In this document: piece by piece, positions 29,375 through 43,363 of the stretch
Layout of the letters: every line of letters starts with the position of its first letter
Numbering within the stretch: position 1 is the stretch's first letter
Assembly: GCA_964016885.1 (NCBI GenBank)
Contig: OZ024753.1
Location: 45,198,001 to 45,262,000, forward strand
Length of the DNA stretch: 64,000 bases
Origin: Eledone cirrhosa
Taxonomy: Eukaryota
Direction: 5' to 3'
Notes under the pieces: model-generated
The model's database searches: none
Told to the model about the DNA's origin: nothing
The model's input: the letters and a program-made list of their open reading frames with translations, nothing else
Program-made: the position numbers and the translations under genes

Positions 29375-29429
29375 AGAGCTTCTACAGGACTAGAACTGTT
29401 TCATTCGTGAGAAATCATCAGGAAGCTCT
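29375..29429 (-). ncRNA. Type I hammerhead ribozyme
   Basis: agagcttc-CTGATGA-tttc tcac gaat-GAAA-cag ttctagtc ctg-TA-gaagctct: 8-bp stem I, 4-bp stem III, GUA cleavage triplet, short stem II. Confidence 0.85.
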
Positions 29430-30361
29430 CTCTCTATATATATATCATCATCATCATCATCATATATATATATTATATATACTAAGACTGTGTTTTTACA
29501 TCTCTGTGTTTGTCTTGTCATTTCTTGAACTATATATATATATATGTATATATGTATGTATGTGTGTGTGTATATGTATGTATATATGTGTGTGAGTATA
29601 TGTATGTATATATGTGTGTGTAAATGTATGTATGAGTATATAAGTAAGGAGGGGAAGAAAGACTGTGAAATGTAATCAATGAAGTGGGGGAGGGAAGTGA
29701 CACCAACTGGAATTACAGATCTCTTACCCTCCCTCTCCCACATCCAGATTACCTGCACCTAACACATACACACACACACATAGATATAAGCACACAAAGG
29801 GGAGGTATATATACACACACATAGATATAAGCACACAAAGGGGAAGTACATATACACACACACACATAGATATAAGCACATAAAGAGGAGGTTATACATA
29901 CACACATATATAGATATAAGGACATAAAGAAGAGGTATATATATATAATACACACACACACATAGAAGGTACACACACACATACACATCGATATAAGCAC
30001 ATACAGATGAGATATACACACCCAAACACACACACAGAGATATAAGCACATACAGATGAGGTATACACACCCAAACACACACACACACATAGATATAAGC
30101 ACACAAAGAGGATGCATACAGACACACCACCCCAAACACACACACAGAGATATAAGCACATACAGATGAAGTATACAAACACATACATATACACACACAT
30201 ATACACACACATATACATGAACAGACATGCTAAGCTGGAAATATAATAGAGACAAGTAAATGGATTCTAATTGGTCTGAGAAGGACAACAAAGATGGTAT
30301 AGAGGGTGTGAGAATTGTATAGACTGATCAGTGTGACTGTATGTGTGTATATATATCTATA

Positions 30362-30413
<52 letters not shown>

Positions 30414-30548
30414 TATATATGTATATATATATTTATGTACACAGATATATATATACATCAAAAGTATGTGTAGAAATCAATCAAGGAGGAGAGATAGGAG
30501 ATTATTTGGGAGAATTATAAGTATTGTATTCTCTAACAATTAATTTAT

Positions 30549-30582
<34 letters not shown>

Positions 30583-30627
30583 GGAGTTTTCGGCTTGTAT
30601 TGGCCGATAGTGCTTCTTGTAGTTTTG

Positions 30628-30673
30628 ATTGCCCTGATGAGTCCCTTAATAGGACGAAACAGTGTTGGCTAAT
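30628..30673 (+). ncRNA. Minimal type I hammerhead ribozyme
   Basis: attgcc-CTGATGA(30634-40)-gtcc cttaata ggac-GAAA-c agt g-TT-ggctaat; GUU triplet; AATAAA immediately downstream. Confidence 0.8.
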
Positions 30674-30798
30674 AAAGACTTTTGATGTATTGAAGGCTTC
30701 TTTTTTTTATTTTCATAATTACATTGAGCTCTACCTTTTACTGTCATTTCTATAATACGAAGAGGGTGTTTAACTCCAACACGCTCCAGTATTTTAAT

Positions 30799-30872
<74 letters not shown>

Positions 30873-30879
30873 TATATAA

Positions 30880-31067
30880 ATGTGGTTGGTGTTAGGAAGG
30901 GCATCCAGCCGTAGAAAAACCCGCCAGACAGTCCTATACGATTGAGGCACAGTCTCTCGACCAATCTTGCCTCAAGTGGGACAATTCCCGTCTAAACCGG
31001 GACAATTCCCGTCTAAACCCATGCTAGCGTAGAAGATAGCCGTTAAACGATGATGATGATGATGATG

Positions 31068-31070
<3 letters not shown>
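30880..31070 (+). mobile_element. RTE LINE 3' tail
   Basis: ggttggtgttaggaagggcatccagccgtagaaa...cccatgctagcgtagaagatagccgttaaac(gat)n. Confidence 0.75.
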
Positions 31071-31158
<88 letters not shown>

Positions 31159-31187
31159 ATCAAAAGATGGTTAAAAGAGTTCCATGT

Positions 31188-31256
31188 ATTTTATTATGCG
31201 CATTTCAAAAACAAATATCATCATGGGATGATATTTGCGTTCTCATCAGATAAAAT
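31188..31256 (-). ncRNA. Type I hammerhead ribozyme
   Basis: attttat-CTGATGA-gaacg caaatatcatc ccat gatgatatttg ttttt-GAAA-tgcgca-TA-ataaaat: 7-bp stem I, 11-bp perfect inner stem II, palindromic stem III, AUA triplet. Confidence 0.87.
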
Positions 31257-31318
31257 AGGGAGACATGATATGAAGTTTAAAAAACACTTGTGAGCAGTAA
31301 AGTGTATAAACCAACATA

Positions 31319-31369
<51 letters not shown>

Positions 31370-32075
31370 TCACACCTATATATATATATATATAATATAA
31401 TATATATATATATAAAGGTGTAAAACACGGTGATATAGGAAAGAAGGAAGGAAAGAGTGACAGTAATGTTGAGTCATGGTTTTATCCTATTTCCTGTCAC
31501 ACTCATTTCATGTCTGCTTTTAACTAATAACCTATCCCTCATCTCTCTCTTCTCACCTCAACCTAACCATCTCTCCCTCTCACCTCATCTTACCTTTCCA
31601 CCACTCTGACCATCCCCCTCTCTCACCTGAACCTACCTATCTCCCTCTCTCACCTCAGCCTACCCATCTCCACCCCCCTCTCTGACCATCCCCCTCTCTC
31701 ACCTGAGCCTACCCATCTCCATCCCCCTCTGCTCTGACCATCCCACTCTTTCACCTGAACCTACCCATCCCCCTGTCTCACCTGAGCCTACCCATCTCCA
31801 CCCCACCCCCCCCGCTCTGACCATCCCCCTCTTTCACCTGAACCTACCCCCCCCCCCCTCTCTCACCTGAGTCTACCCCCCCTCTCTGACCACCCCCCTC
31901 TGCCACCTGAACCTAAACACACCCACCTTGTAGTTGGATATAACAGATAGTCATACACATGGTTGGGTGGGGTCTAAGTGTGGTACAGCTTAACCTAATA
32001 TCAATCTATCTATCTACCTGTCCATCAACCTATTACATAAAGAAAGATATCTATTATATCTAAGTAGGGCATCTG

Positions 32076-32285
32076 TATAAGACCAGCGAGGTTTTGTGGG
32101 GTAGAGACTATTGTATCAGAGTAGACAGGGGTATAAGACCAGCGAGGTTTTGTGGGGTAGAGACTATTGTATCAGAGTAGACAGGGGTATAAGACCAGCG
32201 AGGTTTTGTGGGGTAGAGACTATTGTATCAGAGTAGGCAGGGTATAAGACCAGCTAGGTTTTGTGGAGCAGAGGCCATTGTAGTA
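32076..32285. repeat. 56-bp tandem repeat, ~3.5 copies
   Basis: tataagaccagcgaggttttgtggggtagagactattgtatcagagtagacagggg. Confidence 0.9.
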
Positions 32286-32599
32286 GAAGTAGAAAAGATA
32301 GAGAAGAGACATCATGTCTGTGAGTGACTTTATGTAGATTAGTCGAGTGGTGGTTGTTGTTGTTGTGGTTGTTGTAGTTGTTGTTGATGACTGTCAAGGA
32401 AGAAAGACTGCCATGTTAAAACTCAGAGGTCTTTGGCCTAATTTTCATCTACAATCTAGACTGGAGATTATAAGTACAAACAAAACATTTAATCCCTGAT
32501 TAATCTCACAGATTAGCAGCTTCCTCAAATTATAAAAAGACACAGTACAGCAGGTTTACTATATATATACTATATATACTGTATATATATATATATATA

Positions 32600-33120
32600 T
32601 ATTGTACACCAAGAGACACAGTCTAATATATAGCAGGTTTACTATATATATTGTATATATATATATATATTATACACCAAGAGACACAGTCTAATATATA
32701 GCAGGTTTACTATATATATTGTATATATATATATATATTATACACCAAGAGACACAGTCTAATATATAGCAGGTTTACTATATATATTGTATATATATAT
32801 ATATATTATACACCAAGAGACACAGTCTAATATATAGCAGGTTTACTATATATATTGTATATATATATATATATATTATACACCAAGAGACACAGTCTAA
32901 TATATAGCAGGTTTACTATATATATTGTATATATATATATATATTATACACCAAGAGACACAGTCTAATATATAGCAGGTTTACTATATATATTGTATAT
33001 ATATATATATATTATACACCAAGAGACACAGTCTAATATATAGCAGGTTTACTATATATATTGTATATATATATATATATTATACACCAAGAGACACAGT
33101 CTGATATACAGCAGGTTTAC
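32600..33120. repeat. ~66-70 bp tandem repeat with internal (TA)n, ~8 copies
   Basis: tacaccaagagacacagtctaatatatagcaggtttactatatatattg(ta)n. Confidence 0.93.
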
Positions 33121-33566
33121 TTATATACTATATATGATGGTTATACACCCTGGAGAGGTGATGTTGCGGCTGAAATATTGGGGTATTTGTTTTACTGTTT
33201 AGTCAGAGAGAAAAAGGAGAATGTTGATGACAGAGCTTTGACAATAAACAAAATAAACAACCATAACGGGAGGGGGGGGGTATTAAACTAATCAACTGAA
33301 AACTTTGAAATAAATTGAAGTGAAACCCAACAGGTGTGTGTGTTTTATTGGCACCATGACCCTACCAAAGTATAACTTTGGTGATAAGAATAAGGAACTA
33401 TATGTATATATATAGTTTCAACAGCGACTTCAGTGTCTAGAATTTGCTGTCAAAATGGCAAGAGCTCAGCCGTTGGGCTCCAACTCGCTAATATATTTAC
33501 ACTCTACTATTCCAGGTTTCAAGTACTTTACTGAATAATGGTCTTACTAGTTTAAAACTGGTAAAA

Positions 33567-33605
<39 letters not shown>

Positions 33606-35209
33606 CATCACTATTTAATGTCTATATTTAATGCCTGTGTGGGTTACCTGGGATGTGATGTTGTCAGGTAAGACAGGCAGGTTAGACAACTCTGTCTTGC
33701 TCATATATTCCATCTTTGACTCAGTTTCTACGGCTGGATCTACTTCCTAATGCCAATCATCTCAAGGTAGGTACCGGCTGTGTTTTATGTTTTATCATGG
33801 CACTACCACTACTACACGACAGAGTGGACTGGGTGCTCTTTATTGTGGAGCCAGCTCTACCACATTACAATGTGGGCTGGGTGTATTGTGCCACTGCCAC
33901 GTGGCAGAGTGGACTGGGTGCTCTTTATTGTGGCACCAGCTCTAACACTTCACAGAGTATGTAACTACTGTGGCCATTTTCTGTTGACTCTCTCTCTCTC
34001 TATATATATATACATATATATACATATATATATATACATACATGTTTATATATATGTGTATATATATATATATTCAGACACATATACAAACAGAAGTAAT
34101 TTAAGATGCGATATGATTCCATGTAACAGGAAACACCCAAACAGCCAGCAGTATGTGTTAAGTTTGTTAAACTTAAGACAACAACCACCATCACCGCTAC
34201 CACCACACCACCACCACCACCACCACCACCACCACCACCATAACCAGCAACACTACCACCACCCAAATAAACAAGACAACAACCACCACCACTGCAACTA
34301 CCGCCCTCACCACCACCACCACCACCATTACCACCACCACCACCACCACCACCACCACCAGCAACACCACCACCAGCAACACCACCACCACCACCACCAC
34401 CATAACCAGCAACACTACCACCACCCAAATAAACAAGACAACAACCACCACCACTGCAACTACCACCCTCACCACCACCACCACCACCACCACCCTCACC
34501 ACCACCCTCACCACCACCACCCTCACCACCACCACCCTCACCACCACCACCACCACCCTCACCACCACCATCACCCATTTTAATTTTTGTCTGTGATTTG
34601 GGCAAGAAATTTGAGAAATTATTGAGAACATTTTGAAAAGGGGTCACTCTATGGGTTTATTGTGATGTCATTGATATGTTTAGGGATTATATAAGAACAC
34701 TTTGAAAAAGGGTCACTTTAGATGCATAGATAAATTGGATGGATGGGTGGATTAGTAGGGACAGACAGACAGACAGATAGATAGATAGATAGATAGACAG
34801 ATAGATTGATAATACAAGACCCCTACTGAAGATGTCATACAGTGGAAGCGAACCCTAAAACCTATGGTAGTGGGGCCAACTTATTAACCACACTTCCATG
34901 GAATTAGTTGAAAATATTTTTCTAGGTTTAGAATAAATATTTCTTAAAAGAAAATTCCTTAACCTTTTCATTCGAGAAGTTATTTTAGTTTTAAAGTAGA
35001 AAGTGATATTAGTTCCTCCTTATACAAATAGTAAGACAAAAGACACACACACACACATAGCTAGTGTGTGTGTGTTTATGTATATATACATACATACACA
35101 CAAATATATATATATATATATGTATGTAGTTATATATACACACATATATATATATGTGTGTGTGTGTGTTTATGTATATATAATACATACATACATATAT
35201 ATATATACA

Positions 35210-35409
35210 NNNNNNNNNNNNNNNNNNNNNNNNNNNNNNNNNNNNNNNNNNNNNNNNNNNNNNNNNNNNNNNNNNNNNNNNNNNNNNNNNNNNNNNNNNN
35301 NNNNNNNNNNNNNNNNNNNNNNNNNNNNNNNNNNNNNNNNNNNNNNNNNNNNNNNNNNNNNNNNNNNNNNNNNNNNNNNNNNNNNNNNNNNNNNNNNNNN
35401 NNNNNNNNN
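35210..35409. other. Assembly gap (200 N)
   Basis: Direct read; the round size suggests a scaffolding join of unknown true length. Confidence 0.98.
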
Positions 35410-35508
35410 CCGTGGCAAATGGAGAGATGCCATGCTGAATTAGGCCGTGTCCCACCCTTGCAAGCAGGGAAAAGTGGACATAAAATGAAAATGATGATGA
35501 TGATGATG

Positions 35509-35542
<34 letters not shown>

Positions 35543-35714
35543 ACACCACACATACAATGTCATGAAAACAACAAACAATGGTAATGATATATACGCATTT
35601 ACTAGTTTCAGTTATCAATCACTTTACAGTGAAAGGTTGTCACATTGTTGATATATATATATACACACACTTGATATATATACACACACACTGTTGATAC
35701 ATACTATCACACAC

Positions 35715-35745
<31 letters not shown>

Positions 35746-35854
35746 AAGATTGGTGCTCTGAAATAGGGATGTATACATGAATGTATGTATAGTATATTTG
35801 GCATACGGTCTATTGCCAAATATAATATATATATATATATATATATATACCGGG

Positions 35855-35885
<31 letters not shown>

Positions 35886-36379
35886 CCGGGGTGGTGTGTT
35901 ATTTCCTTGAGCAAGACACTTTATTTCACATTGCTCCAGTTTACTCAGCTGTAGAAATGAGATGATAGGGACTGGGGTCCATATCATTCCACTGCAAAGT
36001 GGTCGTGTAGGTGTCACGGCAAAAAAGCACCCAGCACTCACTGTAAATGAGGTTGGTGTTAGGAAGGGCATCCAGCTGTAGAAATCAAGCCAGAATCAGT
36101 TCCCGTCCCACCCTTGCAAGCAGGGAAAAGTGGACGTAAAATGAAATGATGAAATGAATATATATATATATATATATATATATAGGAACAGAGTCAGGAC
36201 CCCGACGCAGCCGTTTCGACAGCTAGATCCGAAGTAAGCCAGCAGTATTAGATCGGCGGGAATCTAGCTGAATTTATCAAGGAGTACAGTCCATATATGG
36301 ACATAAAGTCAAAATAAAACAAAAAAGCAGAAATATCAAATCAAACAATTCTAAAAATTTGTTGTTTTCTCATCTGTCA

Positions 36380-36625
36380 CAGGGAGTGGTCAATGGTTTG
36401 GGGATGTCATGGATATGGTTAAATTCCTTCATAGCAGCGGGGGGGGGGGGGGGTGGGGGGGCTGAACTGGTGTGTAGAACAAAGAGGAACGGAATCCAGG
36501 CCAAAAAACAGACAAATATGATCAAAACATGGTCACCTGACCTAACTAGTCTCATATTGTGACAACCTGACTAACCCATACTAGCAAGGAAAGGGGCCTG
36601 TTAGATGGTGGTGATGATGGTGGTG
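36380..36625 (+). mobile_element. Highly decayed RTE 3' end
   Basis: QWFGDVMDM (compare RWFGHVMRM), aggccaaaaaa (RPK), tail aacccatactagcaaggaaag...(gat)n. Confidence 0.5.
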
Positions 36626-36724
36626 ATGATGATGATAGTCATGATGGTGGTGATGATGGTGGTGATGATGGTGGTGATGATGATGGTGGTGATGATAGTC
36701 ATGATGATGTGTGTGTGTGTGTGT

Positions 36725-36757
<33 letters not shown>

Positions 36758-36869
36758 TTAGTGTGTGTGTGTGTGTGAGTGTGTGTGTGTGTGTGTGTGT
36801 GTATTGAGGTCAGTTCAACAGTTCAATCAACTGTGTATTCTTACAAAATTGGCCTAGTGCCTAATGAAA

Positions 36870-38860
36870 GGCAACCATCATCACCACCATCATCATCACT
36901 GACATCACCACCACCACCACCACAACACTACCATCACCACATCACTACTATCATCATCATCACTGCCATCACCACAACACTACCATCACCACCATCATCA
37001 TCACCACCACATCACTACCATTGTCAACAACACCGTCATCACCAACATCACAACTATTACCATCACTACCATCACTAATACCAACGCCATCACCACCACC
37101 ACTACCACCACTACCATCACCACCACCATCACCACCACCACCACTACCATCACCACCACTACCACCACTACCATCACCACCACCACTACCATTACCACCA
37201 CCACCACCACCACTACCATCACCACCACTACCATCACCACCACTACCATCACCACCATCACCACCACCACTACCATCACCACCACTACCATCACCACCAC
37301 CACCACCACCACTACCATCACCACCACCACCACCATCACCACAACCACCACTACCATCACAACCACTACTACCATCACCACCACCACCACCATCACCACC
37401 ACCACCACCACCACCATCACCACCACCACCACCATCACCACAACCACCACTACCATCACAACCACTACTACCATCACCACCATCACCACCACCACCATCA
37501 CCACCACCACCACCATCACCACTATCATCACTATCATCACCACCACCACTACCATCACAACCACCACAAGCATCACCACCACTACCATCACCACCACCAC
37601 CACCACAAGCATCACCAACACTACCATCACCACCACCACTACCATCACCACCATCACCACCACCACTACCATCACCACCACTACCACCACCACCATCACT
37701 ACCATCACCACCACCACCACCACAAGCATCACCAACACTACCATCACCACCACCACTACCATCACCACCATCACCACCACCACTACCATCACCACCACTA
37801 CCACCACCACCATCACTACCATCACCACCACCACCACCACTACCATCACCACCACCACCACCACCACCACCACTACCATCACCACCACCACAACTATCAC
37901 TACCACTACCATCATCATCATCACCACCACCACTACCATCACCACCACTACCACCACCACTACCATCACCACCATCACAACCACCACTACCATCACCACC
38001 ATCACCACCACCACTACCATCACCACCACCACCACCACCACAAGCATCACCAACACTACCATCACCACCACCACTACCATCACCACCATCACCACCACCA
38101 CTACCATCACCACCATCACAACCACCACTACCATCACCACCATCACCACCACCACTACCATCACCACCATCACAACCACCACTACCATCACCACCATCAC
38201 CACCACCACTACCATCACCACCATCACCACCACCACTACCATCACCACCATCACCACCACCACTACCATCACCACCATCACAACCACCACTACCATCACC
38301 ACCATCACAACCACCACTACCATCACCACCACCACCACCACCACTACCATCACCACCATCACCACCACCACTACCATCACCACCATCACAACCACCACTA
38401 CCATCACCACCATCACAACCACCACTACCATCACCACCACCACCACAAGCATCACCAACACTACCATCACCACCACCACTACCATCACCACCATCACCAC
38501 CACCACTACCATCACCACCATCACCACCACCACTACCATCACCACCATCACAACCACCACTACCATCACCACCATCACAACCACCACTACCATCACCACC
38601 ACCACCACCACCACTACCATCACCACCATCACCACCACCACTACCATCACCACCATCACAACCACCACTACCATCACCACCATCACAACCACCACTACCA
38701 TCACCACCACCACCACCACCACAAGCATCACCAACACTACCATCACCACCACCACTACCATCACCACCACCACTACCATCACCACCACTACTACCACCAC
38801 CACTACCACCACCACCACAAGCATCACCACCACTACCATCATCATCATCACCAATGCCAT
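36870..38860. repeat. (CAC/CAT/CTA)n compound trinucleotide array
   Basis: Direct read; produces the 619/620-aa pseudo-ORFs. Confidence 0.95.
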
Positions 38861-38906
38861 TAGTGTTGCTATTGCTTAATTAAAGCAGCAAGTAACAACA
38901 GAATGC

Positions 38907-39050
<144 letters not shown>

Positions 39051-39175
39051 GTGGACTGGGTCTAAAAATATTGGGTGTCAGGAGATGAAGGGGGCCCACC
39101 TACACAGAAATGGTATCATTTAACTTTGATTTTGAAAGTAGGTTTATAATTATTAATTTTCATTATACTTTTGTA

Positions 39176-39248
39176 GCTGTCTCGGTAGCCTAGTTGGGGG
39201 AATCATAGACAGCGGTGATCCTGGTCTGAAGTTCGATCCTCGTTGGGA
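39176..39248 (+). promoter_or_regulatory. tRNA-derived Pol III type-2 promoter (A box and B box)
   Basis: tagcctagttgg ... gttcgatcc; T-runs follow at ~39268-39284. Confidence 0.6.
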
Positions 39249-39324
39249 GTAGGGTTCCTAGTAAATCTTTTCAGTTTTTATTTTACATCCGATAGAAAAA
39301 GAAAAAAAAAGAATTTCATGTATC

Positions 39325-39397
39325 TCCGGACCAGGATTGAACCCAAGACCAGGATCTCCACCGTCTCTAGTCCCTACCACTAGGCCACAGAGACAGC
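39325..39397 (-). promoter_or_regulatory. tRNA-derived Pol III type-2 promoter (A box and B box)
   Basis: Minus strand: tggcctagtgg ... ggttcaatcc; a T9 run (A9 on +) follows at 39302-39310. Confidence 0.6.
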
Positions 39398-39747
39398 CAT
39401 GAAAATCTTATGAAAATTCATACTTATAAACCTACTTTCAAAATTTTCAAAACAAAGTGTTGTGGTGTTGACCAAATGCTTTGCTTAATTGTTTTATTTA
39501 TTTATTTTTTTTAATCATTCTTTCTCTTAGATTTCTGGTATTTTTTTAAAGCTAAGCATTGGCCCCTAAAATACTACAGTGGGCCCTGCAATGCTACCGT
39601 TGTCCCCTAGGGGCCCACTTGCCATTGGGCTACCTGGCCAGTCCGCCACTGTATGTATATATATTAAGATAAGCAGAACAAGTAAAATTCAATCAATTTT
39701 TTAAAATACATTAAAAAATATAATATAAATATTTACCTCTCCTAGTG

Positions 39748-39829
39748 GCCCTTACTGATCAGTTTCGCTTTGTAAAACCTCATAAATCCGATGGATTTAT
39801 GATGGAAAACCAAAGCTCATCAGAGAAGC
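39748..39829 (-). ncRNA. Type I hammerhead ribozyme with extended stem II
   Basis: gcttct-CTGATGA-gctttg...tcataaatcc atc ggatttatga...caaagc-GAAA-ctgatcag-TA-agggc; palindromic stem III actgatcagt, GUA triplet. Confidence 0.85.
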
Positions 39830-39959
39830 ATTTTCCCTTCCTAGGGCTAAACGTCCCAGGAATGACAAAATATATAACCTCCTGCCAGCAAGTATCCCTG
39901 GACATATTAACTTCAATATGTATATATATATAGATATATATATATATACACACACACAT

Positions 39960-40510
39960 ATCATCATCATCATCGTTTAACGTCCATCTTCCACGCTAGC
40001 ATGGGTTTGGACGGGAGTTTTCCCACTTGAGGCAAGATTGGTTGTCTTGCTCACATAGGACTGTCTGGCAGGTTTTCTACGGCTGGATGCCCTTCCTAAC
40101 ACCAACCACGTTTACAGTGTGGACTGGGAGGTTTTTACCGTGTTACTTACACGGCCACATTACAGCGTGGACTGTGTGTTTTTTGTCGTGACACCTATAC
40201 GACCTCATTTATTTCGGACTGGATGTTGTGGTACCAACATAACTTTACATCGAAAGGGGTGGTGTGGATGGGGTGGGGGTAGTGGGACGGGGGTGCATTT
40301 TTGTTAAGAGGTGCTTACTGACTGTAGTAGGTTTCACTTTGTACTTAGGTAAGGCAGGTCTTCTCTATTACTGTGTAGCGCCAAAGATCTCGGTCCAGTG
40401 ACATTGTCTTGGAGAGGTGTCAGTGTGTGAGGTCGGAATTTATCAAGTCGTCCCAGGTTTTTCTGGGTCTGCCTACTCCGTGGCTACCATCTATTTTTAT
40501 CGCCCTGCAC
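39960..40510 (-). mobile_element. RTE LINE 3' end
   Basis: Minus translation: [39 protein letters not shown], then UTR and (TGA)n. Confidence 0.85.
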
Positions 40511-40519
40511 TTTTTTATA

Positions 40520-40961
40520 TCATCATCATCATCATCATCAACGTTTAACGTCCGTGTTCCACGCTTGCATGGGTTTGGACGGGGGTAGTCCCACTTGAGG
40601 CAAGAGTGATTGTCTTGCTCGCATAGGACTGTCTGGCAGGTTTTCTACAGTTGGATGCCCTTCCTAACACCAACCACATTTACAGTGTGGGTCTGGGAGG
40701 TTTTTACCGTGTTGCCTACACGGCCACATTACAGCGTGGACTGTGTGTTTTTTTGTCGTGACACCTACACGATCTCATTTGTTTCGGCCTGGATGGCGCG
40801 GCACCAACATAACTTTACATAGAACGGGGTGGTGTGGATGGGGTGGGGGTGGTGGCGGGACGGGGTGTATTTTGTTAGAGATGCCTACTGGCAAGGCGGG
40901 TCTTCTCTGTTACTGAGTACCGCCAAAGGTCTCGGTCCAGTGACATTGTCTTGGAGAGGTG

Positions 40962-40962
<1 letters not shown>
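40520..40962 (-). mobile_element. RTE LINE 3' end (second adjacent copy)
   Basis: Parallel to 39960-40400; near-identical to 48923-49222. Confidence 0.85.
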
Positions 40963-41027
<65 letters not shown>

Positions 41028-41093
41028 TATATATACTTATATATATGTGCATATATGTATGTGTATTCATATATATATGTACACATATGTATG

Positions 41094-41137
<44 letters not shown>

Positions 41138-41513
41138 AGCATGTGTGATTGTGTATGTGCATATATGTACATGTGTGTGTATAAACATATGCATATATTT
41201 ATATGCATGTGTATGTGTTCTTTATACATGTGTGTATACTAGTGTATGAGTAGTACTTGTCTAGCTGATGAAGTAGAGCAGGTGACAGGGTGGAGTGAGG
41301 GCGTGGCTGGGTATTAAATGTAATAGGAATGAGAAGAGGGGAGGAACTGTTGGCATGAATCCCATTTAAAGCCTTACTAGAGAATGGTAGAGAATGGTAG
41401 AGAATGGTAGAGTAGCACATGGTAGCACTAGGAACCAGAAGTACTTCAACAAATACTAACACACATACATGCACATGTATATACATATATACTGTTATGT
41501 ATATATATATATG

Positions 41514-41561
<48 letters not shown>

Positions 41562-41671
41562 CATATATATATATATATATAATGTAGGAGGTGAGTTTTA
41601 TTGTAGTACAATAAAGCAATGCAGATATCGGATAAGAAGCACTCTACAGTTTGTGGGACTGGAGTATGCAT

Positions 41672-41848
41672 AATATAAGATCAAAAGATGGTTAAAGGAG
41701 TTCCATATATTTTATTATGCGCATTTCAAAAACAAACATCATCAAGCAATAATATTTGATGAAAACACAAATATTATTGCTTGATGATGTTTGTTTTTGA
41801 AATGCGCATAATAAAATATATGGAACTCCTTTAACCATCTTTTGATCT

Positions 41849-41853
<5 letters not shown>
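41672..41853. mobile_element. Near-perfect ~85-bp-arm palindrome of the 31188/57823 HHR family, truncated at the core
   Basis: Right arm begins tgatgaaaacacaaatattatt... and matches 57830-57927 almost exactly; left arm is its reverse complement. Confidence 0.8.
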
Positions 41854-41937
<84 letters not shown>

Positions 41938-42034
41938 AATAAATATATACATATATATATATATACATATATCATCATTTTTCATTTCATTTTACGTCCA
42001 CTTTTCCCTGCTTGCAAGGGTGGGACGGGAACTG

Positions 42035-42095
<61 letters not shown>

Positions 42096-42449
42096 CATAC
42101 ATATATATATATACATATATGCATAAATATATATATACATATATATATATACATACATATATATATATACATATATGCATAAATATATATATACATATAT
42201 ATATATATATACATACATATATATATATACATATATGCATAAATATATATATACATATATATATATATATACATAAATATATATATATACATATATATAT
42301 ATATACATACATATATATATATACATATATGCATAAATATATATAAATACATATATGTATATATATAAATATATACGTGTGTGTATATATGCACACATGT
42401 TCACACATACACATATATATCTATATGTGTCTGTAACTGTATATGTGTA

Positions 42450-42510
<61 letters not shown>

Positions 42511-42514
<4 letters not shown>

Positions 42515-42657
42515 ATGGAAGGGGTAAGACCATTACTCTCGAGAGTACTCAATACTTGGGCCAGTAGAGTGGGTAATATGAAAAATTCGGGACCCTGACT
42601 ATAGTTCAGATCCAGCTGTTGAGACGGCAGGAGTTCAGCCGTAGGGGTCCCGAAATG

Positions 42658-42662
<5 letters not shown>
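42511..42662. mobile_element. Penelope-like terminus, family A, with inversion
   Basis: gagtactcaatac...gagtgggtaat...gggacc inverted against gccgtaggggtcccgaa; lies between (TA)n tracts. Confidence 0.65.
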
Positions 42663-42717
<55 letters not shown>

Positions 42718-43084
42718 TATAATAACTAGAAATTGATTAACATATAAATAAACATGAATAATCACAGGAGATATTATATTATAAGTTATCTATTTTTGAA
42801 GTTCTGGATAACTTTATTTAGTTACTACCTAGCTATGTGTGCTTACACACTTGTAAAAATTATCTCCTCTGATTATTCATGTTTATTTATATGTTAATCA
42901 ATTTCTAGGTATTATAAAATGCTCGGACCTACTCGTTAGAATCTTAGAACTTATTTTGTGGGTGATATGGCGCATGTCTTTCTGGCATGACACCCATATT
43001 TTGATTTAGATTAAATTCATTTTGATTTATCTTAATTTTGGATATATATATATATATATATCATCATTATATATATATATATAT

Positions 43085-43363
43085 GGGTGGTGGATTGGCA
43101 GTATCAGTAGAGGGTCGGACGCCATGCTGGGGTGGTGGATTGGCAGTATCAGTAGAGGGTCGGACGCCATGCTGGGGTGGTGGATTGGCAGTATCGGTAG
43201 AGGGTCGGACGCCATGCTTTCCAGCATAGTTACGTCCCTTTACGATCTGAGTTCAAATCCCGCCGAGGTTGACTTTGCCTTTCATCCTTACGGGGTCGAT
43301 AAAATAGAGTACCAGTAATGCACTGGGTAATAGCTGGCCTTGTGCCTAAAGTAGAAACAATTA
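43085..43363 (+). mobile_element. S1 SINE with triplicated 45-bp 5' head
   Basis: gggtggtggattggcagtatcagtagagggtcggacgccatgctg occurs three times, then B box gttcaaatcc and body. Confidence 0.88.

Noticed and set aside
39176-39397. tRNA genes
   Set aside because: A and B boxes are present but there is no acceptor stem or proper anticodon arm; these are tRNA-derived only.
41264-41290. Isolated CTGATGA
   Set aside because: No stem II, GAAA or stem III follows.
42586-42655. Apparent complete HHR (ttcgggacc-ctgacta...gaga...gta-ggggtcccgaa)
   Set aside because: The apparent stem I and ctgac come from the inverted duplicate of the tail (ccgac to ctgac decay); the core lacks CUGANGA and GAAA.
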